A stretch of DNA of 64,000 nucleotides from an uncultured Chloroflexia bacterium (GTDB lineage Bacteria; Chloroflexota; Anaerolineae; Anaerolineales; Anaerolineaceae): assembly GCA_963714465.1 (NCBI GenBank), contig CAVQOS010000022.1:25433-89432 (forward strand), given 5' to 3'. Positions within the stretch are counted from its first letter, which is position 1. Every line of letters starts with the position of its first letter. Positions 27,246 through 36,947 of this stretch are shown piece after piece. The notes beneath the pieces are model-generated. The model was not told the origin of the DNA. It did no database searches and worked only from the letters and a program-made list of their open reading frames with translations. A program made the position numbers and the translations under genes.

Positions 27246-28550
27246 ATGCGAGCAGTCGATATCATCATCAATAAACGCGACAAAGGCGAACTCAGCCGTG
27301 AAGAAATTGAATATTTCGTGAACGGTTTTGTAAAAGGTGAGATCCCGGATTACCAGGTTGCAGCCTGGGCTATGGCCGTGCTACTCAATGGAATGACGGA
27401 CGAGGAGACGACCTTCCTGACGCTGGCGATGGCAAATTCTGGAGACATCCTGGATCTATCCAAAGTGGTACCGATCGAGGTGGATAAACATTCCACCGGC
27501 GGCGTGGGTGACAAGACCACCCTGGTGGTTGAGCCAATGGTCGCCTCCTGCGGCTTGCCAGTGTGTAAAATGTCAGGGCGGGGGTTGGGTTTCAGCGGGG
27601 GAACGTTGGACAAGATGGACTCCATCCCTGGCTTTCGAACGAATCTCAGTACTGAAGAAGTGCTCGAGCTTTTGCGTACCAAAGGCCTGGTGCTGACAGG
27701 TCAAAGCCTGGATTTAGCCCCCGCGGACGGAAAATTATACGCATTGCGCGATGTCACCGGGACGGTACAATCGATACCGCTTATTGCTTCATCGGTGATG
27801 AGCAAGAAAATTGCCGGAGGAGCGAAGGCGATCGTGCTTGACGTCAAGATCGGCAGCGGCGCTTTCATGAAGAACCTGGATGAAGGGCGCGAATTGTCAA
27901 AATTGATGGTGGCGATCGGAAAATTGAGCGGCAGGCGGGTGGTGGCTTTGCTATCGGATATGAATCAACCCCTTGGCAACGCCGTGGGCAACGCCCTCGA
28001 GGTAAAAGAAGCCATCGATACCCTGCACGGCAAAGGTCCGGCTGATTTTAAGGAACACTGCCTGACGGTCGCAAGTCATATGCTGGTTGTCGGCGAAAAA
28101 AGTCGTACGCTCGAAGAAGGGCGAAAATTAGCCTTGGAAGCCCTTGAAAGTGGAAAAGCCTGGAATCAGTTCAGGGAACTTGTGATCAACCAGGGCGGCG
28201 ATGTAAGTTTTGTCGATCAACCGGACAAGTTACCCGCAGCCAGATTTGTCGAAACTGTCAAATCCGATAGAGCCGGATATCTCAAATGGATCGATGCCAA
28301 AGTGATCGGTGAGACCTCGGTTGAAATGGGGGCGGGGCGGGAACGTAAGGAAGATATCATCGACTACGGGGTGGGGATGGTGATACACCGCAAGGTTGGT
28401 GACCATGTTGTGATGGGCGATCCCTTGTTTACGCTGCATGCTGCGTCACAGGAAAGCCTGGAACATGCCAGGGAGAGGGTATCGTCTGCATTTGAATACA
28501 CTGAAAGTCCGGTCAAACGGCTGCCGTTGTTTTATGAAGTGATCCAGTAG
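27246..28550 (+). CDS. pyrimidine-nucleoside (thymidine) phosphorylase
   Basis: IINKRDKGELSREEIEYFV, HSTGGVGDK and SGRGLGFSGGTLDK. Confidence 0.9.
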   Translation: MRAVDIIINKRDKGELSREEIEYFVNGFVKGEIPDYQVAAWAMAVLLNGMTDEETTFLTLAMANSGDILDLSKVVPIEVDKHSTGGVGDKTTLVVEPMVASCGLPVCKMSGRGLGFSGGTLDKMDSIPGFRTNLSTEEVLELLRTKGLVLTGQSLDLAPADGKLYALRDVTGTVQSIPLIASSVMSKKIAGGAKAIVLDVKIGSGAFMKNLDEGRELSKLMVAIGKLSGRRVVALLSDMNQPLGNAVGNALEVKEAIDTLHGKGPADFKEHCLTVASHMLVVGEKSRTLEEGRKLALEALESGKAWNQFRELVINQGGDVSFVDQPDKLPAARFVETVKSDRAGYLKWIDAKVIGETSVEMGAGRERKEDIIDYGVGMVIHRKVGDHVVMGDPLFTLHAASQESLEHARERVSSAFEYTESPVKRLPLFYEVIQ

Positions 28551-28553
28551 CGT

Positions 28554-28582
28554 TTGATTTTTAAGACCGTTTATGGCATAAT
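28554..28582 (+). promoter_or_regulatory. promoter of the ileS leader
   Basis: TTGATT, a 17-nt spacer and CATAAT. Confidence 0.5.
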
Positions 28583-28588
28583 ACGCAA

Positions 28589-28853
28589 TACAAAAGTGAT
28601 GATGGAAAAGAGTACACCATCCCACTGTTTTACAGGGAACCCGGACCAAGTGAGAACCGGGGAACAGACATGGTCGAAAATCATTCCGGAGCTGCGATCT
28701 GAACGTGGAAACACCAGTAAGTGAGCCGGACTCATCCTCCGTTACTGGGATGCAGATCTATCGAAAGATGTATCTGACAAGTGCTCCTCACAGAGAAGCA
28801 GGGTGGTACCGCGGGAAAATTCTCTCGTCCCTGACAGGACGAGTGTTTTATTT
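28589..28853 (+). promoter_or_regulatory. T-box riboswitch leader (Ile specifier AUC at 28680-28682)
   Basis: The conserved T-box sequence is agcagggtggtaccgcg (28796-28813). Stem I base GGAA/TTCC and ACCAT/ATGGT enclose a loop ...cgaaaAUCA. A GA-motif gtgatga lies at the 5' end. The terminator is ctcgtcc-ctgaca-ggacgag followed by tgttttattt (28824-28853). Confidence 0.85.
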
Positions 28854-28866
28854 AACAGGAGGATGA

Positions 28867-31800
28867 ATGTTCAAGCCAGTCTCACCGAAACTCAATGTGA
28901 TTCAAATGGAAGAAGGCATCTTAAGGTTTTGGAAGCGCCACGACGTTTTTCACCAAAGCCTGAAGACGCGCGTAGATGGCCCAGAGTACATCTTTTTTGA
29001 AGGTCCGCCCACTGCAAACGGTAAACCTGGGGTGCACCATGTACTGGCGCGCGCCTTCAAAGACATCTTCCCGCGGTATAAAACGATGAACGGTTTTCAT
29101 GTTAGCCGCCGCGGCGGCTGGGACACGCACGGACTTCCCGTTGAAATCGAAGTGGAAAAGAAACTCGGTTTCAACAACAAACGGCAGATCGAAGAATACG
29201 GCATCGCCAAGTTTAACGAATTGTGCCGTGAATCGGCGTTTACCTATATCCAGGAATGGGAGCATTTGACAGATCGCATCGCTTACTGGGTGGACCTGGA
29301 TGAAGCATACATTACGTACAAAAACTCCTATATCGAATCTGTCTGGAATATTCTGAAAAATTACTGGGATAAGGACCTGCTTTACCAGGGTTACAAAGTC
29401 GTTCCCTATTGCCCACGTTGTGGAACTCCCCTTTCTGACCATGAAGTCGCGCAGGGGTATCACGAAGTTGCAGACCCATCCGTGTTCATCCGCATGCCGT
29501 TAGTGGATGAGCCGGGCACTTCATTGCTGGTTTGGACGACAACCCCCTGGACGCTCCCTGGAAACGTTGCGGTTGCGGCTGGCGAGAATGTCGATTACGT
29601 CAAAGTGGAGCATGCTCTGCCGGAGGGCGGCAGTGAAAAACTGATTTTAGCCGAAGCGCTGCTCGAAAAAGTATTTGGTGCAGAGCCGGTGACGGTGCTG
29701 GACCGCTTCAAAGGCAAGCAGCTAAAAGGCAAACGTTATCACCCCTTGTACACCTTTGTGCCGCTGAGCAAGCCGGCTCATTATGTGGTTTTGGGCAATT
29801 TTGTCACAACCGAGGACGGCTCCGGACTGGTCCATATCGCCCCTGCATTTGGGCAGGACGATATGCAGGTAGCGTTTGATAATGACCTGCCCATCCTCAC
29901 CACGGTACAGCCTGACGGAACCTTTATTCCTGAAGTTCGACCCTGGGCAGGTTTATTCATCAAGAAAGCCGACCCGCTGATCATCGACAACCTGCAGGAA
30001 CGGGGGCTGCTCTTCAAAGTACAAACCTACACCCATAATTATCCATTCTGCTGGCGCTGCGGTACTCCGCTGATGTACTATGCCAGGCAAACCTGGTATA
30101 TCCGCACCAGCCAATTCAAAGACCGCATGGTTGAACTGAATGACCAGATCAACTGGTACCCGGGGTATATCAAAAATGGACGCTTCGGGAACTGGCTGTC
30201 AAACAACGTGGATTGGGCGCTCGGTCGCGAACGTTACTGGGGCACCCCGCTGCCGGTTTGGGAGTGCGAAAGCTGCCATACGCAAACATGTGTCGGCTCG
30301 GTCAAAGAGCTCTCTGAGAAAGCCGGGCGTGATCTGACCGAGTTGGACCTGCATCGACCTTACGTGGACGAGATCAAATTGCCGTGCCCTGATTGTGGTG
30401 GAAGCATGAATCGCGTCCCTGAATTGATCGATGTCTGGTTTGATTCAGGATCGATGCCGTATGCTCAATGGCATTATCCATTCGAAAACCAGGATGAATT
30501 CAAGGAACATTACCCTGCAGATTTTATTTGTGAAGCAGTAGATCAGACACGGGGCTGGTTTTATTCACTGCATGCTATCAGCACCCTGCTGAATGATTCG
30601 GTCGCCTTCAAGAATGTGATCTGCCTGGGTCTCATTTTGGACGCCAACGGGCAGAAGATGTCAAAATCCAAGGGGAATGTCGTTTCTCCATGGGAAGTTC
30701 TCGAAAAGAACGGCGCAGATGCGACGCGCTGGTATCTTTATACGGCAAGTCCTCCAGGGCAGGAACGACGCTTCTCGTCCGACCTGGTAGGCGAGGTGCT
30801 GCGCAACTTCACGTTGACCCTTTGGAATACCTATTCGTTCTTCGTCACCTATGCCAACCTGGATGGGTGGATGCCGGAAGCGGGAGCAGAAATTGCCTAT
30901 TCAGCGCTGGATAAGTGGCTGCGTTCTTCATTACATACCCTGGTCCGGGATGTAACCACAGCCCTCGAAAACTATGATGTGCTTGGCGCCACTCGACCAG
31001 TGGAACAGTTTGTGGATACGCTTTCAAACTGGTATCTACGCCGCTCACGCAGGCGCTTCTGGAAGAGCGAATCGGATGCGGATAAGAAAGCAGCTTACGC
31101 CACGTTATACGAAGCTTTGGTGACGGTCAGCAAACTGCTGGCGCCTACCATGCCGTTCATCGCAGACGAGATGTATCAAAACCTTGTGCGCTCAACGGAC
31201 AAAAACGCGGTTCTCTCGGTTCACCTTGCAGACTGGCCGAAATATGATGCTGCCCTGATCGATGAGAATCTGAATCGCGATATGGCGCTGGTTATGAAAT
31301 TGGTCTCATTGGGGCATGCGGCACGCAATAAAGCCAACCGCAAAGTTCGCCAGCCCCTGGCTGAAGTCGCCTTCGCGGTGGGGAACCGGGATGAAGGGGA
31401 GACAGTGCTGGCGCATGCTGACCTGTTGGAGGACGAGCTCAACGTGAAGAGCGTTCGCCTTTTGAACGCTGCCAGTGAAGCCGTCAGCTTCAGTTTGAAT
31501 CCGCTGCCGAAGCAATTGGGGCAAAAATACGGTAACAAGTTCCCGGAACTACGCAAAGCCGTATTGGCTTTGGATGCTGAACAAACCGCCACAAGCCTGC
31601 TTGCAGGCAACCCGGTGATGGTGACCCTCAATGGCGAGTCCTATTCGCTGCTACCCGAGGAGATCGAAGTCCGGGTCATAGCGAAAAGCGGCTATGCAGT
31701 CGCTGCCGAGGGAGCTTATCTTGCCGCCCTGGTCACGGATCTGACGCCAGAACTGATCCAGGAAGGGCTGGCAAGAGAATTTGTCCGGCGCGTGCAGGAT

Positions 31801-32016
31801 CTGCGGAAATCTGCCGAGCTTGAAATCGCCGACCGGATCAGGCTTTATGTCAGTGCCACCCCTGGGCTGACCGATGCGATCAAGGCGCAGCAGGAGTACA
31901 TCGTGGCAGAAACACTCACGCGCGAGTTGTTGTTCGAAACTCCACTTGAGGGGAGTCCCTCCGTGAGCGACGAATTTGACAACGAAAAAGTCAGCGTCGG
32001 GTTGGTCAAAATCTAA
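28867..32016 (+). CDS. ileS: isoleucine--tRNA ligase
   Basis: P.ANG.PG.HH (the HIGH region) and KMSKSKGN. The protein is 1049 aa and has the class Ia editing domain. Confidence 0.97.
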   Translation: MFKPVSPKLNVIQMEEGILRFWKRHDVFHQSLKTRVDGPEYIFFEGPPTANGKPGVHHVLARAFKDIFPRYKTMNGFHVSRRGGWDTHGLPVEIEVEKKLGFNNKRQIEEYGIAKFNELCRESAFTYIQEWEHLTDRIAYWVDLDEAYITYKNSYIESVWNILKNYWDKDLLYQGYKVVPYCPRCGTPLSDHEVAQGYHEVADPSVFIRMPLVDEPGTSLLVWTTTPWTLPGNVAVAAGENVDYVKVEHALPEGGSEKLILAEALLEKVFGAEPVTVLDRFKGKQLKGKRYHPLYTFVPLSKPAHYVVLGNFVTTEDGSGLVHIAPAFGQDDMQVAFDNDLPILTTVQPDGTFIPEVRPWAGLFIKKADPLIIDNLQERGLLFKVQTYTHNYPFCWRCGTPLMYYARQTWYIRTSQFKDRMVELNDQINWYPGYIKNGRFGNWLSNNVDWALGRERYWGTPLPVWECESCHTQTCVGSVKELSEKAGRDLTELDLHRPYVDEIKLPCPDCGGSMNRVPELIDVWFDSGSMPYAQWHYPFENQDEFKEHYPADFICEAVDQTRGWFYSLHAISTLLNDSVAFKNVICLGLILDANGQKMSKSKGNVVSPWEVLEKNGADATRWYLYTASPPGQERRFSSDLVGEVLRNFTLTLWNTYSFFVTYANLDGWMPEAGAEIAYSALDKWLRSSLHTLVRDVTTALENYDVLGATRPVEQFVDTLSNWYLRRSRRRFWKSESDADKKAAYATLYEALVTVSKLLAPTMPFIADEMYQNLVRSTDKNAVLSVHLADWPKYDAALIDENLNRDMALVMKLVSLGHAARNKANRKVRQPLAEVAFAVGNRDEGETVLAHADLLEDELNVKSVRLLNAASEAVSFSLNPLPKQLGQKYGNKFPELRKAVLALDAEQTATSLLAGNPVMVTLNGESYSLLPEEIEVRVIAKSGYAVAAEGAYLAALVTDLTPELIQEGLAREFVRRVQDLRKSAELEIADRIRLYVSATPGLTDAIKAQQEYIVAETLTRELLFETPLEGSPSVSDEFDNEKVSVGLVKI

Positions 32017-32022
32017 ACAAAG

Positions 32023-32056
32023 GAGCTCCCCGTTCTCAAAACGAGGAGCTCTTTCC
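32023..32056 (+). terminator. hairpin terminator after ileS
   Basis: gagctccccgtt-ctcaa-aacgaggagctc has 11 of 12 positions paired and is followed by a short T run, tttcc. Confidence 0.5.
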
Positions 32057-32111
32057 AGTGGGGGGAATGAAATAAGGTAAAATGAAATGACTTAAGTTTT
32101 GGAGGAACCAT

Positions 32112-32654
32112 TTGAGAAAATTCATCCGGGAATACAGCGGATTATTTATCCCTGCCATGATCATTTTGATCATCGACCAACTAACGAAGTACCTGGTCCA
32201 AACCAACCTGGCGTATGGGGCGATTTGGTCTCCCTGGCCGTGGCTGACGCCTTATGCGCGCATCATCCATTGGACCAATACGGGGGTAGCCTTCGGCATG
32301 TTCCAGGGGGTGGGATGGATCTTCTCCATTTTCGCGATAGTCATCACGGTTGCGATCATTTACTATTTTCCCACGGTCGAAAAAGAAGATTGGGCAATTC
32401 GGGTGGCGCTGGTTTTGGAGATGGCTGGCGCATTGGGAAACATGATCGATCGGATCCGGATCCACGGAGCTGTCCTCGATTTCATCTCCGTGGGTAATTT
32501 CGCGGTTTTCAATGTTGCCGATTCGGCGATTACCGTTGGGGTCGCATTCCTGGCGCTGGGTATCTTGCTTCAAGACCGCCGGAGCAAGAAAAAGGACGAA
32601 ACCGCTTTGGATGCGGGACAAACGATCGATGATGAAAGTGTTAAAAATTCTTGA
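32112..32654 (+). CDS. lspA: lipoprotein signal peptidase II
   Basis: IDQLTKYLV, NTGVAFG and FNVADSAITVG motifs. The start is TTG. Confidence 0.9.
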   Translation: MRKFIREYSGLFIPAMIILIIDQLTKYLVQTNLAYGAIWSPWPWLTPYARIIHWTNTGVAFGMFQGVGWIFSIFAIVITVAIIYYFPTVEKEDWAIRVALVLEMAGALGNMIDRIRIHGAVLDFISVGNFAVFNVADSAITVGVAFLALGILLQDRRSKKKDETALDAGQTIDDESVKNS

Positions 32655-33586
32655 ACACACAAACGTTTCATTTTGTTTCAGATCAAGCTGAACCTGTTCG
32701 ACTGGATAAGTTTCTTTCCAGTCACCTGACCGATTATTCCCGCTCGCGCTTGCAGGGATTGATCATCGATGGATTCGTCAAAGTGGACGAGCTTCCGGTG
32801 GTCATTTCACGTTTCAAAGTCGAAAAAGGCAGCAAGGTCGAAATCGTCATACCGCCGGCAAAACCGGTGGGGTTGGAGCCAGAGGATATCCCGCTGGACA
32901 TCATCTTTGAGAATAAAGACCTGATGATCGTGAATAAACCTGCGGGAATGGTGGTGCATCCTTCGCCGGGACACTATAGCGGCACGCTGGTCCACGCCGC
33001 GCTTTCGCATATTCCCGATTTGGAAGGGATTGGCGGCGAGGAGCGCCCGGGTATTGTTCACCGCCTGGACAAAGAAACCAGCGGGCTGATCATCGTGGCA
33101 AAGAATGAACGGGCTCATCGTTGGCTGCAGGACCAATTCCGGCTGCGCAAAGTCCATAAAACCTACCTTGCCCTGGTGGATGGTAAACCGCCCACGCCAA
33201 CCGGCAGGGTTGAAGCAGAGATCACGCGCGACCCGGCTCATCGCAAGCAAATGGCAGTCGTTTCTGAAGGGCGCGGCCGGGAAGCGGTGACCGAATACAA
33301 AGTGATCGAATCATTTCCGCACCACAGCTTGATCGAAGCACATCCGTTCACCGGGCGTACTCATCAAATCCGGTTGCATATGGCTTTTCTTAAGTGCCCG
33401 ATCGTTGGGGATACCCTTTACGGGCACAAACACAAAAGCGTTGAGATCAGCCGTCAATTTCTACACGCCGCCAAGATCAGTCTTGTATTGCCAGGCGAAA
33501 AAGCTGAAAGAAGCTTTGAAGCACCCTTACCACCAGATTTAACCTTCATCCTGGACCAACTCCGCCAAACACGAGGAATAGCATGA
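32651..33586 (+). CDS. RluA/RluD-family pseudouridine synthase
   Basis: An S4-like N-terminus (RLDKFL) and the catalytic [12 protein letters not shown]. It overlaps the lspA stop. Confidence 0.9.
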   Translation: MNTQTFHFVSDQAEPVRLDKFLSSHLTDYSRSRLQGLIIDGFVKVDELPVVISRFKVEKGSKVEIVIPPAKPVGLEPEDIPLDIIFENKDLMIVNKPAGMVVHPSPGHYSGTLVHAALSHIPDLEGIGGEERPGIVHRLDKETSGLIIVAKNERAHRWLQDQFRLRKVHKTYLALVDGKPPTPTGRVEAEITRDPAHRKQMAVVSEGRGREAVTEYKVIESFPHHSLIEAHPFTGRTHQIRLHMAFLKCPIVGDTLYGHKHKSVEISRQFLHAAKISLVLPGEKAERSFEAPLPPDLTFILDQLRQTRGIA

Positions 33587-34629
33587 AAACCATTGATCTA
33601 CGGTCAGATACGGTAACACAACCCACACCTGCAATGCGCGAAGCCATGTACAATGCCGAAGTGGGGGATGACGTCTATGGTGAAGATCCAACAGTGAACC
33701 GTTTGCAAGAGATGGCAGCCCAGCAAATGGGTAAGGAAGCTGCCCTTTTTGTCTCTTCAGGCACCATGGGTAACTTGATCGCAGTTTTGGCGCAATGCCA
33801 GCGCGGCGATGAAGTCATCATGGGCGACCTGGGTCACACATTTCTCTTTGAAGCCGGCGGAATTTCGGCGCTTGGAGGGATTTTCCCGCACACGCTGCCC
33901 AACCTGCCTGATGGTACCCTGGCGCTTGAAACGATCCAGGCCGCAATTCAGCCGGATGATATTCACCATCCCATCACCCGCTTGATCATCCTTGAAAACA
34001 CCCATAATCGCTGCGGCGGGGTCACACTTAAACCGGACTATTGCGCCTCTGTCCGTGATCTGGCAGTAGAAAATTCGCTCAGGGTCCATTTGGATGGGGC
34101 TCGAATTTTCAACGCTGCAGTGGCACTTTCCGTCCCAACCAGAGAATTGGCAGCATTTGCAGATTCTGTGACTTTTTGCCTGAGTAAAGGCCTGGCAGCC
34201 CCCGTGGGGTCTGTTCTGTGCGGTGATCGGGCCTTCATCGAAAGAGCGCGTCGTTTACGAAAAATGCTCGGCGGCGGGATGCGCCAGGCGGGTATATTGG
34301 CAGCCGCAGGCATTGTCGCACTCGAGCAAATGGTCGACCGCCTCGCGGACGACCATCGAAGAGCCAGGGAACTTGCAAATAGTTTGAGCGACCTACCTGA
34401 AATTGCATTCGACATGGGGCTTCCTCAGACCAATATGGTTTTTGCATCGCTGAAACCAAGTGTTGCGCTGGATGCAGCCGGGTTCGCGAAAGCGCTGAGT
34501 CAAAAAGGAATTCGAGTGGGGAATGTTGCCGAAAGGCGGGTTCGCATGGTCACTCACTACGGCATCGAAGACGAAGATATCAGCCAAACGATTACTGCGA
34601 TCAAAGAGGTCCTGTCCCAGGCGAATTAA
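33583..34629 (+). CDS. ltaE: low-specificity L-threonine aldolase
   Basis: [24 protein letters not shown] and the CLSKG PLP-lysine region. Confidence 0.85.
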   Translation: MKTIDLRSDTVTQPTPAMREAMYNAEVGDDVYGEDPTVNRLQEMAAQQMGKEAALFVSSGTMGNLIAVLAQCQRGDEVIMGDLGHTFLFEAGGISALGGIFPHTLPNLPDGTLALETIQAAIQPDDIHHPITRLIILENTHNRCGGVTLKPDYCASVRDLAVENSLRVHLDGARIFNAAVALSVPTRELAAFADSVTFCLSKGLAAPVGSVLCGDRAFIERARRLRKMLGGGMRQAGILAAAGIVALEQMVDRLADDHRRARELANSLSDLPEIAFDMGLPQTNMVFASLKPSVALDAAGFAKALSQKGIRVGNVAERRVRMVTHYGIEDEDISQTITAIKEVLSQAN

Positions 34630-34817
34630 GCCGTAGGTGAAGGAAGCTTGTGCAGATTAATCCATCCAGTCAAATTCCGATCTGCAGGATCGGGATTTAT
34701 GGTTTGAAGACTTGAAAATGGAGCCTCGCAGCTTTGGAGGCTCGTGCAAAAAGCGATAATGCGATTGTTTGATATAATTTGTGTGTCTGAATACCCTTTT
34801 AGCGATATGAGGATCGA

Positions 34818-35666
34818 ATGGACCAATTCGTCACGCTCAAGATGATCGATGAAGCTGTTGCGGTGATTAAAGAGAAAATTGATGTTCAACCCAAAGTTGG
34901 ATTAATTTTAGGATCCGGACTGGGCGGTTTGGCAGAATCCGTTTTCAACCCCAAAATCGTCGATTACCAATCGATCCCACATTGGCCGGTGCCTACCATC
35001 CAGGGGCATGCAGGCCGGTTGGTGACCGGTCACCTTTTTGGGATGCCTACGATGGTCATGCAAGGTCGCGTTCATTATTACGAAGGTTATCCGATGGACC
35101 AGGTCACTTTTCCCATCCGCGTGATGCAAAGGCTCGGAGTCCAACTGATAATATTAACCAATGCCGCGGGTGCCATCCATCCGGATTACGTGCCCGGGGA
35201 TGTAATGTTGATCACCGATCACATTGCGCTGATTGGCATGGCGGGAGTGAACCCATTGCGCGGGCCAAACCTGCCTGAATTTGGCGAGCGTTTCCCTGAC
35301 ATGAGCCAGGTGTACTCGCGAAAAATGCAATCCATTGCCAGGGGTGCTGCCGAAAAAATGAATATTGCCCTCCGCGAAGGCGTTTATGTTTGCCTATCCG
35401 GACCCTCCTTCGAATCACCGGCAGATTTGAGGTTCCTGCGTATGATCGGGGCAGATGCGGTTGGGATGTCAACCGTACCTGAAGCGATCGTTGCCAGGCA
35501 GGGGCGGACACTGGTACTGGGACTTTCAGGCATCAGTAATAAAGCCAACCTGGATGGTTCCACAGAGACTACCCATGAAGAAGTATTGATGGCAGGCAAA
35601 TTGATCGTACCCAAGCTGACAGGTATTATCCAGGGCGTTCTTGAATCGTCGGATCTACCCTTTTAA
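34818..35666 (+). CDS. purine-nucleoside phosphorylase (PunA type)
   Basis: GLILGSGLGGLAE, HAGRLV.G, MQGRVHYYEGY and VGMSTVPE. Confidence 0.9.
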   Translation: MDQFVTLKMIDEAVAVIKEKIDVQPKVGLILGSGLGGLAESVFNPKIVDYQSIPHWPVPTIQGHAGRLVTGHLFGMPTMVMQGRVHYYEGYPMDQVTFPIRVMQRLGVQLIILTNAAGAIHPDYVPGDVMLITDHIALIGMAGVNPLRGPNLPEFGERFPDMSQVYSRKMQSIARGAAEKMNIALREGVYVCLSGPSFESPADLRFLRMIGADAVGMSTVPEAIVARQGRTLVLGLSGISNKANLDGSTETTHEEVLMAGKLIVPKLTGIIQGVLESSDLPF

Positions 35667-35693
35667 CGAATCATCGAGAAAAATCGATCGAAC

Positions 35694-36386
35694 ATGGCAA
35701 ATCTTTTAAGATTCTTGATTCAATTTGAATTCTTGTTTTACGCTGTTCTTGCAATAGTCATCATTGTATACATCCGCAAGCTGCTTATTACAGGTAAACG
35801 GTGGAGACTGGCTTATTTCGGTCTTGAAAAGGAAACTGCCCAGGCTGAGTTTTCGCAAAACCTGACAGTTTTGATCGTCAGTGTGCTCATGGTGTTGGGA
35901 TTATTTGCATTGACGACGTTTGTCGCGCCATCGGTACCAGGTGTGCAGAGAATCGCCACCCCGACAGTAGATCTGACTGCCCAGCCGTCGCCGACACCAG
36001 AAGCAACTCCGGGGGTCGCCACCACATCGACAGGCTTTATTGGCACTCTCGAAGCCGTATATGGGCAAGGATGCATTCCTGATCAGATCAACTGGACCGA
36101 GCCGCGCACCGGAGATACGATAAGCGGGACGGTCATTTTGAAAGGGACAGTAAACGTTACCAGTCTCGGATACTATAAATATGAATATTCGTCTGTGGGC
36201 AACGAAAATTGGACGACGATCGCGGCTGGCAATCAAACGGTCGAAAACGATGCATTGGGTGGTTCGTGGGATACCACTAATTTGACCCCAGGGGATTATT
36301 TATTACGCCTGGTCGTCACCGACAGTCAAAACCAGGCATACCCTGCCTGTACAGTTCAAATTAAAATCACAACTCCCGCCAAGTAG
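35694..36386 (+). CDS. membrane-anchored protein with a Pro/Thr linker and an Ig-like C-terminal domain
   Basis: Two N-terminal TM helices and a PSPTPEATPG linker, followed by a beta-rich C-terminus. No recognisable catalytic motif. Confidence 0.6.
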   Translation: MANLLRFLIQFEFLFYAVLAIVIIVYIRKLLITGKRWRLAYFGLEKETAQAEFSQNLTVLIVSVLMVLGLFALTTFVAPSVPGVQRIATPTVDLTAQPSPTPEATPGVATTSTGFIGTLEAVYGQGCIPDQINWTEPRTGDTISGTVILKGTVNVTSLGYYKYEYSSVGNENWTTIAAGNQTVENDALGGSWDTTNLTPGDYLLRLVVTDSQNQAYPACTVQIKITTPAK

Positions 36387-36392
36387 GTAAAA

Positions 36393-36932
36393 ATGCCGCA
36401 AATACAAATTCGCCCCGCAATTTCTTCTGATATCCACACCCTGATGAAAATCGATGCCTCGTGTGCAACGACACACGTCTGGCAAATGGACTACAACAGC
36501 GAGCCGGGTCAAATTGGCGTGGTGTTTCGTGACATTCGCCTTCCCCGTTCAGTAAGGTTGGAATATCCGCGCACCACTACGTCCATGGCGGATACCTGGC
36601 TACAGAAGGATTTGTTCCTGGTGGCGGTCATGGATGATAACCTGGTTGGCTATCTGACCCTGGTGACAGATCAGGAAACCAAAACTGCCAGGATCGCCGA
36701 CATTGTGGTGACAGAAAAACTCCGCCGCCAGGGAATCGCATCCACTTTGATCCTCGCGGCACAGGATTGGGCTTCACGTCAAAAGCTCAGGCGGATGATG
36801 TTGGAAATGCAAGCCAAAAACCATGCGGGCATCAACCTGGCGCGCAAATTGGGTTACGATTTCTGCGGATTCAACGATCATTATTTCGCCAATCACGATA
36901 TAGCAGTATTCTTTACTTATATTTTGAAATAA
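36393..36932 (+). CDS. GNAT family N-acetyltransferase
   Basis: VVTEKLRRQGIASTLI is the acetyl-CoA binding motif A. Confidence 0.8.
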   Translation: MPQIQIRPAISSDIHTLMKIDASCATTHVWQMDYNSEPGQIGVVFRDIRLPRSVRLEYPRTTTSMADTWLQKDLFLVAVMDDNLVGYLTLVTDQETKTARIADIVVTEKLRRQGIASTLILAAQDWASRQKLRRMMLEMQAKNHAGINLARKLGYDFCGFNDHYFANHDIAVFFTYILK

Positions 36933-36947
36933 CCCGGGTGGATTTTA

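Noticed and set aside
32099-32497. 132-aa plus-strand ORF overlapping lspA in another frame.
   Set aside because: The lspA frame carries the signal peptidase II motifs. The alternative frame is Gly/Arg/His-rich with no motif.
34626-34889. 87-aa minus-strand ORF spanning the ltaE-pnp spacer.
   Set aside because: It starts inside the pnp coding region, has no RBS, has an odd composition and crosses two hairpins. It is most likely spurious.
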